A DNA stretch of 64,000 nucleotides from Balanoglossus misakiensis. Its lineage: Eukaryota; Animalia; Hemichordata. Shown here in pieces: positions 39,601 through 54,600 of the stretch; the first letter of the stretch is position 1, and the number at the start of each line of letters is the position of its first letter. The position numbers were made by a program, and so were the translations under genes. Below the pieces are notes generated by a model. It was not told where the DNA came from. It did not search any database and worked only from the letters and a program-made list of their open reading frames with translations. The stretch is taken from the NCBI GenBank assembly GCA_040954595.2, contig CM082591.2, positions 9,937,309 through 10,001,308 on the forward strand, given 5' to 3'.

Positions 39601-42600
39601 ACAGAATGTTATAGAATCCTTCCTGAGTGATATTGAAAAAATTACCGGAATGCTACCGCCTAATCTATGGTTAGGGTTATTGCTATTATTTTATATCAGT
39701 AATCGACTTTGTGTATATCAATGTCATTTTCATAACGAAAATGAACTCGAGTCTAATGTAAACGTTACGAATTGATCGAAAGGCGCTCTGATGAATGTTA
39801 ACACGAGTGCGCAGTGACAAGACATGCATCGTGCATGACAGTGACAACAGTTCCTATAGAGCAGTTAAAAAATAAACCGGCCGTCCGTAAATTTATCAGC
39901 TATATTTTTTTTATTTAGTCACGTTTTCCCTGTTGCATGCTATTAGTTCAGGGGCCAGTTTTAGCAGTGCTCTATTGAGTACTTTCGAATCGATGGATTG
40001 ATCTCTCGTCCAATCAGAATGGCGGATGGTAGCATGATCCGACATATTGCGTATTACAATAGGGCTTCCTCATACAGGTCAGAACGGAGAGGTCATTCCT
40101 TTTATTTTAGGACGTCTCAGCTCCTTTGTCTTTTCTGTTATAGTGTTAAAGAAATCAAACGGTTTTGTTTTGGCCGGTAAACACCGATGGATTAACTCTT
40201 AAGTCCATCGTGTATCCAAACGCAGTCGAGTCGGTTTGGTCATTGTTTATGCGACAGTAAATGCCAAATGTGACAGAAGCATCATATTAAATGAGATAGA
40301 ATACACAAACAAACAAACATACGAATAAACAAACAGGCAAACAAACAAACAAACAACCATTAGGGACTGTTCAGAATTTACTTCCAAGTTGGGGATGGAG
40401 GATTTTTTATTTTCCTGGTGATTTTTTTCCATGGTCTCCCCTAGTAAATTGTGGAGGAAATATGTGGTCCCTCCTTAAATTTCCTGGGGATTTTCCATGG
40501 TCCCCCTATTGTGACTTTTATGTCTAGTCTCCCCTAATTTGTCTTGGAGAAAATGGGTGGTCTCCCCCTCTGAAAATTCTCCGCCCCCTGGAAGTAAATT
40601 CTGAACAGTCCCTTATTAAAGCCAACAGCTAGCACCCTGGCTTCTCTGCCAGAGGAGCGATAACATCGACAAAATGCAGATACACAAGAAATGAGCACTT
40701 TATTCCACAAGTGAAGTAGTCTGTTCCCTGCCCCATTCCCACCGCTGGCTGCGCCCTTTAGCGTAGCGCCGATGGCAGTGGGAATGGGGCAGGGGACCAG
40801 ACTACAAGTGAAGAACCCCAGTAACAGACGTAACGAACAAACAAACTACATGTACTAACAACAAAGCAAGAAAAGTGTCAAGCGTCGTCAAAGAAAACGA
40901 AAAAGTTCTAGCATGGTTGGTAAAAGTTATTGGTAGAAAACGAATAGGGCCTTCTACAAATGACGTCTCAGACCCGCAAACGCCACCAGAACACAAAACA
41001 CATGCACAGAACAGTTTAAGCCGGTTGTTGTATGGAGCAGCAATAATCTGCGGTTGGGCCGTCGTAGATTTTCGCTGGTGGTGAAAATAAATAAAACACG
41101 ATCGATGTTCGATTTATTCCAGATCACATGCGTTTACGGCCAGGAGAGAGCATAAAAGTCTTCAAATAACCATGTGGTGGCGCATATTTTCCGATTGGCT
41201 GTATTTCAATTTGTTCGTGGTAAATTAATTTTGTGGAGGTGACCGGCACTGAAGCTCTTAGCTAGGATGAGGTGGGATGGAAAAATGCCCCATTTTAGCT
41301 GTTTTAAAATATACGACTATTTATAGACAAAAGGAAAATAAAACAAGCGCAAAAACATACCAAACCTAGTTTTATTAATTAAAAACAAAATTGCTGAGTA
41401 AAGGTTTTCATGTGGGCATTCACTTCGAACTTGCTTAATTAATTAAAAGAGACAAAGTCGTTCTCTCTTTGTCCTTTTGCGATGATAGAATGCTTGCTTG
41501 AAGTCTCTCGTGCAATAAATGATGTCGATTCATACATGTATGGATGGTGTATAGGTGGTCGGAATTTACATGTCTTTGCCACGACCAAACCAACAACACG
41601 TAAAATCAAAGTTTGGGTCATTAAATCGAGTTTTGTTACAGTCTAGAATTTCATGCCACCCCTTATGGTCATATTATTCTTGGTAGGCAAAAGTGACAAG
41701 TAGTCAAGTTTCAACACAGGCAACATTTTTTACAAACAAACCACAAAGAAGACATCAAAAGGGAGAGAATGATAGAATGGTCAATGTGTGAAAAGTTAAG
41801 ATACGTAAAGTGGCCGGGTTCAACATTAACTCATCGACTTCATATCGTCTTCATGCCATGGTTTTTGCCTGCCCTGAAAGTTCTTGTCGTTGCAGAAATG
41901 GTTTTGACAGAAAGAATTTAGTCTTCCGGGATGTTTGTGATTATTTGAACACCAGACAATACAATGCAACCTTGACTTCCAAAATACTTACCGGCATTGC
42001 ATTATCTTACCATGGTTAGGCCTACAGTGAACAAATTTTCAACAATATTTTCTGAGTTACCGCTGATATTTGTTTTGTAGTATGGATATTAAATTATACA
42101 TCCCGATACAAAACAGAATGTTATAGAATCCTTCCTGAGTGATATTGAAAAAATTACCGGAATGCTACCGCCTAATCTATGGTTAGGGTTATTGCTATTA
42201 TTTTATATCAGTAATCGACTTTGTGTATATCAATGTCATTTTCATAACGAAAATGAACTCGAGTCTAATGTAAACGTTACGAATTGATCGAAAGGCGCTC
42301 TGATGAATGTTAACACGAGTGCGCAGTGACAAGACATGCATCGTGCGTGACAGTGACAACAGTTCCTATAGAGCAGTTAAAAAATAAACCGGCCGTCCGG
42401 AAATTTATCAGCTATATTTTTTTTTATTTAGTCACGTTTTCCCTGTTGCATGCTATTAGTTCAGGGGCCAGTTTTAGCAGTGCTCTATTGAGTACTTTCG
42501 TATTGATGGATTGATCTCTCGTCCAATCAGAATGGCGGATGGTAGCATGATCCGACATATTGCGGATTACAATAGGGCTTCCTCATACAGGTCAGAACGG

Positions 42601-45600
42601 AGAGGTCATTCCTTTTATTTTAGGACGTCTCAGCTCCTTTGTCTTTTCTGTTATAGTGTTAAAGAAATCAAACGGTTTTGTTTTGGCCGGTAAACACCGA
42701 TGGATTAACTCTTAAGTCCATCGTGCATCCAAACGCAGTCGAGTCGGTTTGGTCATTGTTTATGCGACAGTAAATGCCAAATGTGACAGAAGCATCATAT
42801 TAAATGAGATAGAATACACAAACAAACAAACATACGAATAAACAAACAGGCAAACAAACAAACAAACAACCATTAGGGACTGTTCAGAATTTACTTCCAA
42901 GTTGGGGATGGAGGATTTTTTATTTTCCTGGTGATTTTTTTCCATGGTCTCCCCTAGTAAATTGTGGAGGAAATATGTGGTCCCTCCTTAAATTTCCTGG
43001 GGATTTTCCATGGTCCCCCTATTGTGACTTTTATGTCTAGTCTCCCCTAATTTGTCTTGGAGAAAATGGGTGGTCTCCCCCTCTGAAAATTCTCCGCCCC
43101 CTGGAAGTAAATTCTGAACAGTCCCTTATTAAAGCCAACAGCTAGCACCCTGGCTTCTCTGCCAGAGGAGCGATAACATCGACAAAATGCAGATACACAA
43201 GAAATGAGCACTTTATTCCACAAGTGAAGTAGTCTGTTCCCTGCCCCATTCCCACCGCTGGCTGCGCCCTTTAGCGTAGCGCCGATGGCAGTGGGAATGG
43301 GGCAGGGGACCAGACTACAAGTGAAGAACCCCAGTAACAGACGTAACGAACAAACAAACTACATGTACTAACAACAAAGCAAGAAATGTGTCAAGCGTCG
43401 TCAAAGAAAACGAAAAAGTTCTAGCATGGTTGGTAAAAGTTATTGGTAGAAAACGAATAGGGCCTTCTACAAATGACGTCTCAGACCCGCAAACGCCACC
43501 AGAACACAAAACACATGCACAGAACAGTTTAAGCCGGTTGTTGTATGGAGCAGCAATAATCTGCGGTTGGGCCGTCGTAGATTTTCGCTGGTGGTGAAAA
43601 TAAATAAAACACGATCGATGTTCGATTTATTCCAGATCACATGCGTTTACGGCCAGGAGAGAGCATAAAAGTCTTCAAATAACCATGTGGTGGCGCACTT
43701 TTTCCGATTGGCTGTATTTCAATTTGTTCGTGGTAAATTAATTTTGTGGAGGTGACCGGCACTGAAGCTCTTAGCTAGGATGAGGTGGGATGGAAAAATG
43801 CCCCATTTTAGCTGTTTTAAAATATACGACTATTTATAGACAAAAGGAAAATAAAACAAGCGCAAAAACATACCAAACCTAGTTTTATTAATTAAAAACA
43901 AAATTGCTGAGTAAAGGTTTTCATGTGGGCATTCACTTTGAACTTGCTAAATTAATTTAAAGAGACAAAGTCGCTCTCTCTTTGTCCTTTTGCGATGATA
44001 GAATGCTTGCTTGAAGTCTCTCGTGCAATAAATGATGTCGATTCATACATGTATGGATGGTGTATAGGTAGTCGGAATTTACATGTCTTTGCCACGACCA
44101 AACCAACAACACGTAAAATCAAAGTTTGGATCATGAAATCGAGTTTTGTTACAGTCTAGAATTTCATGCCACCCCTTATGGTCATATTATTCTTGGTAGG
44201 CAAAAGTGACAAGTAGTCAAGTTTCAACACAGGCAACATTTTTTACAAACAAACCACAAAGAAGACATCAAAAGGGAAAGAATTATAGAATGGTCAATGT
44301 GTGAAAAGTTAAGATACGTAAAGTGGCCGGGTTCAACATTAACTCATCGACTTCATATCGTCTTCATGCCATGGTTTTTGCCTGCCCTGAAAGTTCTTGT
44401 CGTTGCAGAAGTGGTTTTGACAGAAAGAATTTAGTCTTCCGGGATGTTTGTGATTATTTGAACACCAGACAATACAATGCAACCTTGACTTCCAAAATAC
44501 TTACCGGCATTGCATTATCTTACCATGGTTAGGCCTACAGTGAACAAATTTTCAACAATATTTTCTGAGTTACCGCTGATATTTGTTTTGTAGTATGGAT
44601 ATTAAATTATACATCCCGATACAAAACAGAATGTTATAGAATCCTTCCTGAGTGATATTGAAAAAATTACCGGAATGCTACCGCCTAATCTATGGTTAGG
44701 GTTATTGCTATTATTTTATATCAGTAATCGACTTTGTGTATATCAATGTCATTTTCATAACGAAAATGAACTCGAGTCTAATGTAAACGTTACGAATTGA
44801 TCGAAAGGCGCTCTGATGAATGTTAACACGAGTGCGCAGTAACAAGACATGCATCGTGCGTGACAGTGACAACAGTTCCTATAGAGCAGTTAAAAAATAA
44901 ACCGGCCGTCCGGAAATTTATCAGCTATATTTTTTTTTATTTAGTCACGTTTTCCCTGTTGCATGCTATTAGTTCAGGGGCCAGTTTTAGCAGTGCTCTA
45001 TTGAGTACTTTCGTATCGATGGATTGATCTCTCGTCCAATCAGAATGGCGGATGGTAGCATGATCCGACATATTGCGTATTACAATAGGGCTTCCTCATA
45101 CAGGTCAGAACGGAGAGGTCATTCCTTTTATTTTAGGACGTCTCAGCTCCTTTGTCTTTTCTGTTATAGTGTTAAAGAAATCAAACGGTTTTGTTTTGGC
45201 CGGTAAACACCGATGGATTAACTCTTAAGTCCATCGTGCATCCAAACGCAGTCGAGTCGGTTTGGTCATTGTTTATGCGACAGTAAATGCCAAATGTGAC
45301 AGAAGCATCATATTAAATGAGATAGAATACACAAACAAACAACATACGAATAAACAAACAGGCAAACAAGCAAACAAACAACCATTAGGGACTGTTCAGA
45401 ATTTACTTCCAAGTTGGGGATGGAGGATTTTTTATTTTCCTGGTGATTTTTTTCCATGGTCTCCCCTAGTAAATTGTGGAGGAAATATGTGGTCCCTCCT
45501 TAAATTTCCTGGGGATTTTCCATGGTCCCCCTATTGTGACTTTTATGTCTAGTCTCCCCTAATTTGTCTTGGAGAAAATGGGTGGTCCCACCCCCTCTGA

Positions 45601-48600
45601 AAATTCTCCGCCCCCCTGGAAGTAAATTCTGAACAGTCCCTTATTAAAGCCAACAGCTAGCACCCTGGCTTCTCTGCCAGAGGAGCGATAACATCGACAA
45701 AATGCAGATACACAAGAAATGAGCACTTTATTCCACAAGTGAAGTAGTCTGTTCCCTGCCCCATTCCCACCGCTGGCTGCGCCCTTTAGCGTAGCGCCGA
45801 TGGCAGTGGGAATGGGGCAGGGGACCAGACTACAAGTGAAGAACCCCAGTAACAGACGTAACGAACAAACAAACTACATGTACTAACAACAAAGCAAGAA
45901 AAGTGTCAAGCGTCGTCAAAGAAAACGAAAAAGTTCTAGCATGGTTGGTAAAAGTTATTGGTAGAAAACGAATAGGGCCTTCTACAAATGACGTCTCAGA
46001 CCCGCAAACGCCACCAGAACACAAAACACATGCACAGAACAGTTTAAGCCGGTTGTTGTATGGAGCAGCAATAATCTGCGGTTGGGCCGTCGTAGATTTT
46101 CGCTGGTGGTGAAAATAAATAAAACACGATCGATGTTCGATTTATTCCAGATCACATGCGTTTACGGCCAGGAGAGAGCATAAAAGTCTTCAAATGACCA
46201 TGTGGTGGCGCACTTTTTCCGATTGGCTGTATTTCAATTTGTTCGTGGTAAATTAATTTTGTGGAGGTGACCGGCACTGAAGCTCTTAGCTAGGATGAGG
46301 TGGGATGGAAAAATGCCCCATTTTAGCTGTTTTAAAATATACGACTATTTATAGACAAAAGGAAAATAAAACAAGCGCAAAAACATACCAAACCTAGTTT
46401 TATTAATTAAAAACAAAATTGCTGAGTAAAGGTTTTCATGTGGGCATTCACTTTGAACTTGCTAAATTAATTTAAAGAGACAAAGTCGCTCTCTCTTTGT
46501 CCTTTTGCGATGATAGAATGCTTGCTTGAAGTCTCTCGTGCAATAAATGATGTCGATTCATACATGTATGGATGGTGTATAGGTGGTCGGAATGTACATG
46601 TCTTTGCCACGACCAAACCAACAACACGTAAAATCAAAGTTTGGGTCATGAAATCGAGTTTTGTTACAGTCTAGAATTTCATGCCACCCCTTATGGTCAT
46701 ATTATTCTTGGTAGGCAAAAGTGACAAGTAGTCAAGTTTCAACACAGGCAACATTTTTTACAAACAAACCACAAAGAAGACATCAAAAGGGAGAGAATTA
46801 TAGAATGGTCAATGTGTGAAAAGTTAAGATACGTAAAGTGGCCGGGTTCAACATTAACTCATCGACTTCATATCGTCTTCATGCCATGGTTTTTGCCTGC
46901 CCTGAAAGTTCTTGACGTTGCAGAAGTGGTTTTGACAGAAAGAATTTAGTCTTCCGGGATGTTTGTGATTATTTGAACACCAGACAATACAATGCAACCT
47001 TGACTTCCAAAATACTTACCGGCATTGCATTATCTTACCATGGTTAGGCCTACAGTGAACAAATTTTCAACAATATTTTCTGAGTTACCGCTGATATTTG
47101 TTTTGTAGTATGGATATTAAATTATACATCCCGATACAAAACAGAATGTTATAGAATCCTTCCTGAGTGATATTGAAAAAATTACCGGAATGCTACCGCC
47201 TAATCTATGGTTAGGGTTATTGCTATTATTTTATATCAGTAATCGACTTTGTGTATATCAATGTCATTTTCATAACGAAAATGAACTCGAGTATAATGTA
47301 AACGTTACGAAGTGATCGAAAGGCGCTCTGATGAATGTTAACACGAGTGCGCAGTGACAAGACATGCATCGTGCATGACAGTGACAACAGTTCCTATAGA
47401 GCAGTTAAAAAATAAACCGGCCGTCCGTAAATTTATCAGCTATATTTTTTTTTATTTAGTCACGTTTTCCCTGTTGCATGCTATTAGTTCAGGGGCCAGT
47501 TTTAGCAGTGCTCTATTGAGTACTTTCGTATCGATGGATTGATCTCTCGTCCAATCAGAATGGCGGATGGTAGCATGATCCGACATATTGCGTATTACAA
47601 TAGGGCTTCCTCATACAGGTCAGAACGGAGAGGTCATTCCTTTTATTTTAGGACGTCTCAGCTCCTTTGTCTTTTCTGTTATAGTGTTAAAGAAATCAAA
47701 CGGTTTTGTTTTGGCCGGTAAACACGGTTGGATTAACTCTTAAGTCCATCGTGCATCCAAACGCAGTCGAGTCGGTTTGGTCATTGTTTATGCGACAGTA
47801 AATTCCAAATGTGACAGAAGCATCATATTAAATGAGATAGAATACACAAACAAACAAACATACGAATAAACAAACAGGCAAACAAACAAACAAACAACCA
47901 TTAGGGACTGTTCAGAATTTACTTCCAAGTTGGGGATGGAGGATTTTTTATTTTCCTGGTGATTTTTTTCCATGGATTCCCCTAGTAAATTGTGGAGGAA
48001 ATATTTGGTCCCTCCTTAAATTTCCTGGGGATTTTCCATGGTCCCCCTATTGTGACTTTTATGTCTAGTCTCCCCTAATTTGTCTTGGAGAAAATGGGTG
48101 GTCCCCCCCCCCTCTGAAAATTCTCCGCCCCCCTGGAAGTAAATTCTGAACAGTCCCTTATTAAAGCCAACAGCTAGCACCCTGGCTTCTCTGCCAGAGG
48201 AGCGATAACATCGACAAAATGCAGATACACAAGAAATTAGCACTTTATTCCACAAGTGAAGTAGTCTGTTCCCTGCCCCATTCCCACCGCTGGCTGCGCC
48301 CTTTAGCGTAGCGCCGATGGCAGTGGGAATGTGGCAGGGGACTAGACTACAAGTGAAGAACCCCAGTAACAGACGTAACGAACAAACAAACTATATGTAC
48401 TAACAACAAAGCAAGAAAAGTGTCAAGCGTCGTCAAAGAAAACGAAAAAGTTCTAGCATGGTTGGTAAAAGTTATTGGTAGAAAACGAATAGGGCCTTCT
48501 ACAAATGACGTCTCAGACCCGCAAACGCCACCAGAACACAAAACACATGCACAGAACAGTTTAAGCCGGTTGTTGTATGGAGCAGCAATAATCTGCGGTT

Positions 48601-51600
48601 GGGCCGTCGTAGATTTTCGCTGGTGGTGAAAATAAATAAAACACGATCGATGTTCGATTTATTCCAGATCACATGCGTTTACGGCCAGGAGAGAGCATAA
48701 AAGTCTTCAAATGACCATGTGGTGGCGCACTTTTTCCGATTGGCTGTATTTCAATTTGTTCGTGGTAAATTAATTTTGTGGAGGTAACCGGCACTGAAGC
48801 TCTTAGCTAGGATGAGGTGGGATGGAAAAATGCCCCATTTTAGCTGTTTTAAAATATACGACTATTTATAGACAAAAGGAATATAAAACAAGCGCAAAAA
48901 CATACCAAACCTAGTTTTATTAATTAAAAACAAAATTGCTGAGTAAAGGTTTTCATGTGGGCATTCACTTTGAACTTGCTAAATTAATTTAAAGAGACAA
49001 AGTCGCTCTCTCTTTGTCCTTTTGCGATGATAGAATGCTTGCTTGAAGTCTCTCGTGCAATAAATGATGTCGATTCATACATGTATGGATGGTGGATAGG
49101 TGGTCGGAATTTACATGTCTTTGCCACGACCAAACCAACAACACGTAAAATCAAAGTTTGGGTCATGAAATCGAGTTTTGTTACAGTCTAGAATTTCATG
49201 CCACCCCTTATGGTCATATTATTCTTGGTAGGCAAAAGTGACAAATAGTCTGACAAGTTTCAACACAGGCAACATTTTTTACAAACAAACCACAAAGAAG
49301 ACATCAAAAGGGAGAGAATTATAGAATGGTCAATGTGTGAAAAGTTAAGATACGTAAAGTGGCCGGGTTCAACATTAACTCATCGACTTCATATCGTCTT
49401 CATGCCATGGTTTTTGCCTGCCCTGAAAGTTCTTGACGTTGCAGAAGTGGTTTTGACAGAAAGAATTTAGTCTTCCGGGATGTTTGTGATTATTTGAACA
49501 CCAGACAATACAATGCAACCTTGACTTCCAAAATACTTACCGGCATTGCATTATCTTACCATGGTTAGGCCTACAGTGAACAAATTTTCAACAATATTTT
49601 CTGAGTTACCGCTGATATTTGTTTTGTAGTATGGATATTAAATTATACATCCCGATACAAAACAGAATGTTATAGAATCCTTCCTGAGTGATATTGAAAA
49701 AATTACCGGAATGCTACCGCCTAATCTATGGTTAGGGTTATTGCTATTATTTTATATCAGTAATCGACTTTGTGTATATCAATGTCATTTTCATAACGAA
49801 AATGAACTCGAGTATAATGTAAACGTTACGAATTGATCGAAAGGCGCTCTGATGAATGTTAACACGAGTGCGCAGTGACAAGACATGCATCGTGCATGAC
49901 AGTGACAACAGTTCCTATAGAGCAGTTAAAAAATAAACCGGCCGTCCGTAAATTTATCAGCTATATTTTTTTATTTAGTCACGTTTTCCCTGTTGCATGC
50001 TATTAGTTCAGGGGCCAGTTTTAGCAGTGCTCTATTGATTACTTTCGTATCGATGGATTGATCTCTCGTCCAATCAGAATGGCGGATGGTAGCATGATCC
50101 GACATATTGCGTATTACAATAGGGCTTCCTCATACAGGTCAGAACGGAGAGGTCATTCCTTTTATTTTAGGACGTCTCAGCTCCTTTGTCTTTTCTGTTA
50201 TAGTGTTAAAGAAATCAAACGGTTTTGTTTTGGCCGGTAAACACCGATGGATTAACTCTTAAGTCCATCGTGCATCCAAACGCAGTCGAGTCGGTTTGGT
50301 CATTGTTTATGCGACAGTAAATGCCAAATGTGACAGAAGCATCATATTAAATGAGATAGAATACACAAACAAACAAACATACGAATAAACAAACAGGCAA
50401 ACAAACAAACAAACAACCATTAGGGACTGTTCAGAATTTACTTCCAAGTTGGGGATGGAGGATTTTTTATTTTCCTGGTGATTTTTTTCCATGGATTCCC
50501 CTAGTAAATTGTGGAGGAAATATGTGGTCCCTCCTTAAATTTCCTGGGGATTTTCCATGGTCCCCCTATTGTGACTTTTATGTCTAGTCTCCCCTAATTT
50601 GTCTTGGAGAAAATGGGTGGTCCCCCCCCCCCCCCTCTGAAAATTCTCCGCCCCCCTGGAAGTAAATTCTGAACAGTCCCTTATTAAAGCCAACAGCTAG
50701 CACCCTGGCTTCTCTGCCAGAGGAGCGATAACACCGACAAAATGCAGATACACAAGAAATGAGCACTTTATTCCACAAGTGAAGTAGTCTGTTCCCTGCC
50801 CCATTCCCACCGCTGGCTGCGCCCTTTAGCGTAGCGCCGATGGCAGTGGGAATGGGGCAGGGGACCAGACTACAAGTGAAGAACCCCAGTAACAGACGTA
50901 ACGAACAAACAAACTACATGTACTAACAACAAAGCAAGAAAAGTGTCAAGCGTCGTCAAAGAAAACGAAAAAGTTCTAGCATGGTTGGTAAAAGTTATTG
51001 GTAGAAAACGAATAGGGCCTTCTACAAATGACGTCTCAGACCCGCAAACGCCACCAGAACACAAAACACATGCACAGAACAGTTTAAGCCGGTTGTTGTA
51101 TGGAGCAGCAATAATCTGCGGTTGGGCCGTCGTAGATTTTCGCTGGTGGTGAAAATAAATAAAACACGATCGATGTTCGATTTATTCCAGATCACATGCG
51201 TTTACGGCCAGGAGAGAGCATAAAAGTCTTCAAATGACCATGTGGTGGCGCACTTTTTCCGATTGGCTGTATTTCAATTTGTTCGTGGTAAATTAATTTT
51301 GTGGAGGTGACCGGCACTGAAGCTCTTAGCTAGGATGAGGTGGGATGGAAAAATGCCCCATTTTTGCTGTTTTAAAATATACGACTATTTATAGACAAAA
51401 GGAAAATAAAACAAGCGCAAAAACATACCAAACCTAGTTTTATTAATTAAAAACAAAATTGCTGAGTAAAGGTTTTCATGTGGGTATTCACTTTGAACTT
51501 GCTAAATTAATTTAAAGAGACAAAGTCGCTCTCTCTTTGTCCTTTTGCGATGATAGAATGCTTGCTTGAAGTCTCTCGTGCAATAAATGATGTCGATTCA

Positions 51601-54600
51601 TACATGTATGGATGGTGTATAGGTGGTCGGAATTTACATGTCTTTGCCACGACCAAACCAACAACACGTAAAATCAAAGTTTGGGTCATGAAATCGAGTT
51701 TTGTTACAGTCTAGAATTTCATGCCACCCCTTATGGTCATATTATTCTTGGTAGGCAAAAGTGACAAGTAGTCAAGTTTCAACACAGGCAACATTTTTTA
51801 CCATCAAACCACAAAGAAGACATCAAAAGGGAGAGAATTATAGAATGGTCAATGTGTGAAAAGTTAAGATACGTAAAGTGGCCGGGTTCAACATTAACTC
51901 ATCGACTTTATATCGTCTTCATGCCATGGTTTTTGCCTGCCCTGAAAGTTCTTGTCGTTGCAGAAGTGGTTTTGACAGAAAGAATTTAGTCTTCCGGGAT
52001 GTTTGTGATTATTTGAACACCAGACAATACAATGCAACCTTGACTTCCAAAATACTTACCGGCATTGCATTATCTTACCATGGTTAGGCCTACAGTGAAC
52101 AAATTTTCAACAATATTTTCTGAGTTACCGCTGATATTTGTTTTGTTGTATGGATATTAAATTATACATCCCGATACAAAGCAGAATGTTATAGAATCTT
52201 TCCTGAGTGATATTGAAAAAATTACCGGAATGCTACCGCCTAATCTATGGTTAGGGTTATTGCTATTATTTTATATCAGTAATCGACTTTGTGTATATCA
52301 ATGTCATTTTCATAACGAAAATGAACTCGAGTCTAATGTAAACGTTACGAATTGATCGAAAGGCGCTCTGATGAATGTTAACACGAGTGCGCAGTGACAA
52401 GACATGCATCGTGCATGACAGTGACAACAGTTCCTATAAAGCAGTTAAAAAATAAACCGGCCGTCCGTACATTTATCAGCTATATTTTTTTTTATTTAGT
52501 CACGTTTTCCCTGTTGCATGCTATTAGTTCAGGGGCCAGTTTTAGCAGTGCTCTATTGAGTACTTTCGTATCGATGGATTGATCTCTCGTCCAATCAGAA
52601 TGGCGGATGGTAGCATGATCCGAAATATTGCGTATTACAATAGGGCTTCCTCATACAGGTCAGAACGGAGAGGTCATTCCTTTTATTTTAGGACGTCTCA
52701 GCTCCTTTGTCTTTTCTGTTATAGTGTTAAAGAAATCAAACGGTTTTGTTTTGGCCGGTAAACACTGATGGATTAACTCTTAAGTCCATCGTGCATCCAA
52801 ACGCAGTCGAGTCGGTTTGGTCATTGTTTATGCGACAGTAAATGCCAAATGTGACAGAAGCATCATATTAAATGAGATAGAATACACAAACAAACAAACA
52901 TACGAATAAACAAACAGGCAAACAAACAAACAAACAACCATTAGGGACTGTTCAGAATTTACTTCCAAGTTGGGGATGGAGGATTTTTTATTTTCCTGGT
53001 GATTTTTTTCCATGGTCTCCCCTAGTAAATTGTGGAGGAAATATGTGGTCCCTCCTTAAATTTCCTGGGGATTTTCCATGGTCCCCCTATTGTGACTTTT
53101 ATGTCTAGTCTCCCCTAATTTGTCTTGGAGAAAATGGGTGGTCCCCCCCCCCTCTGAAAATTCTCCGCCCCCTGGAAGTAAATTCTGAACAGTCCCTTAT
53201 TAAAGCCAACAGCTAGCACCCTGGCTTCTCTGCCAGAGGAGCGATAACATCGACAAAATGCAGATACACAAGAAATGAGCACTTTATTCCACAAGCGAAG
53301 TAGTCTGTTCCCTGCCCCATTCCCACCGCTGGCTGCGCCCTTTAGCGTAGCGCCGATGGCAGTGGGAATGTGGCAGGGGACCAGACTACAAGTGAAGAAC
53401 CCCAGTAACAGACGTAACGAACAAACAAACTACATGTACTAACAACAAAGCAAGAAAAGTGTCAAGCGTCGTCAAAGAAAACGAAAAAGTTCTAGCAAGG
53501 TTGGTAAAAGTTATTGGTAGAAAACGAATAGGGCCTTCTACAAATGACGTCTCAGACCCGCAAACGCCACCAGAACACAAAACACATGCACAGAACAGTT
53601 TAAGCCGGTTGTTGTATGGAGCAGCAATAATCTGCGGTTGGGCCGTCGTAGATTTTCGCTGGTGGTGAAAATAAATAAAACACGATCGATGTTTGATTTA
53701 TTCCAGATCACATGCGTTTACGGCCAGGAGAGAGCATAAAAGTCTTCAAATGACCATGTGGTGGCGCACTTTTTCCGATTGGCTGCATTTCAATTTGTTC
53801 GTGGTAAATTAATTTTGTGGAGGTGACCGGCACTGAAGCTCTTAGGTTGGATGAGGTGGGATGGAAAAATGCCCCATTTTAGCTGTTTTAAAATATACGA
53901 CTATTTATAGACAAAAGGAAAATAAAACAAGCGCAAAAACATACCAAACCTAGTTTTATTAATTAAAAACAAAATTGCTGAGTAAAGGTTTTCATGTGGG
54001 CATTCACTTTGAACCACGGGCGTCATGGAACAATAAAGTGTATAGATATTAATAAACTTATCATAAACGCGACGTCCTCAATGAACAAAGAATAAAATAT
54101 TTCATGGGTTTGTTTGGTGTGGACGCGAAATGCACTAAAGCTAGGTCAGTGTTAACTTTATGTGCAAAACCACACCGTACGCGTACCTCTATAGGGGATA
54201 GGCACCGTGTGTATACGATCTCGTCTTGAGCAGTAAAGGCGATGTCTACGCATGCGTGCGCGCCCGCAACTGATCTGTGTACGTGAGTACACATATATAC
54301 AGGGTATGAAACGAATTTTCAGCCCACCACCATTTGGCAACTATTACGAAGAGAATCGCTACCAAACCAGAGTATTTGTTTTAGATTAGATAGAAACCTA
54401 ATGTCTGGCTTTTTAATTTTCAAAAGTCGGTCGAACATTCGAGATATTATCGATCGAAAAGTGTCACTCGTCCTGGGGACGTGCGTTACCGACGCAAATT
54501 TCTCTCTGAAAGGTATACATAGGACATACTGTTTCATGAAAAAAAATCATAGCAAATATAACAGTGATGCACATGAACAACGTCCACCATGACTGGGAGG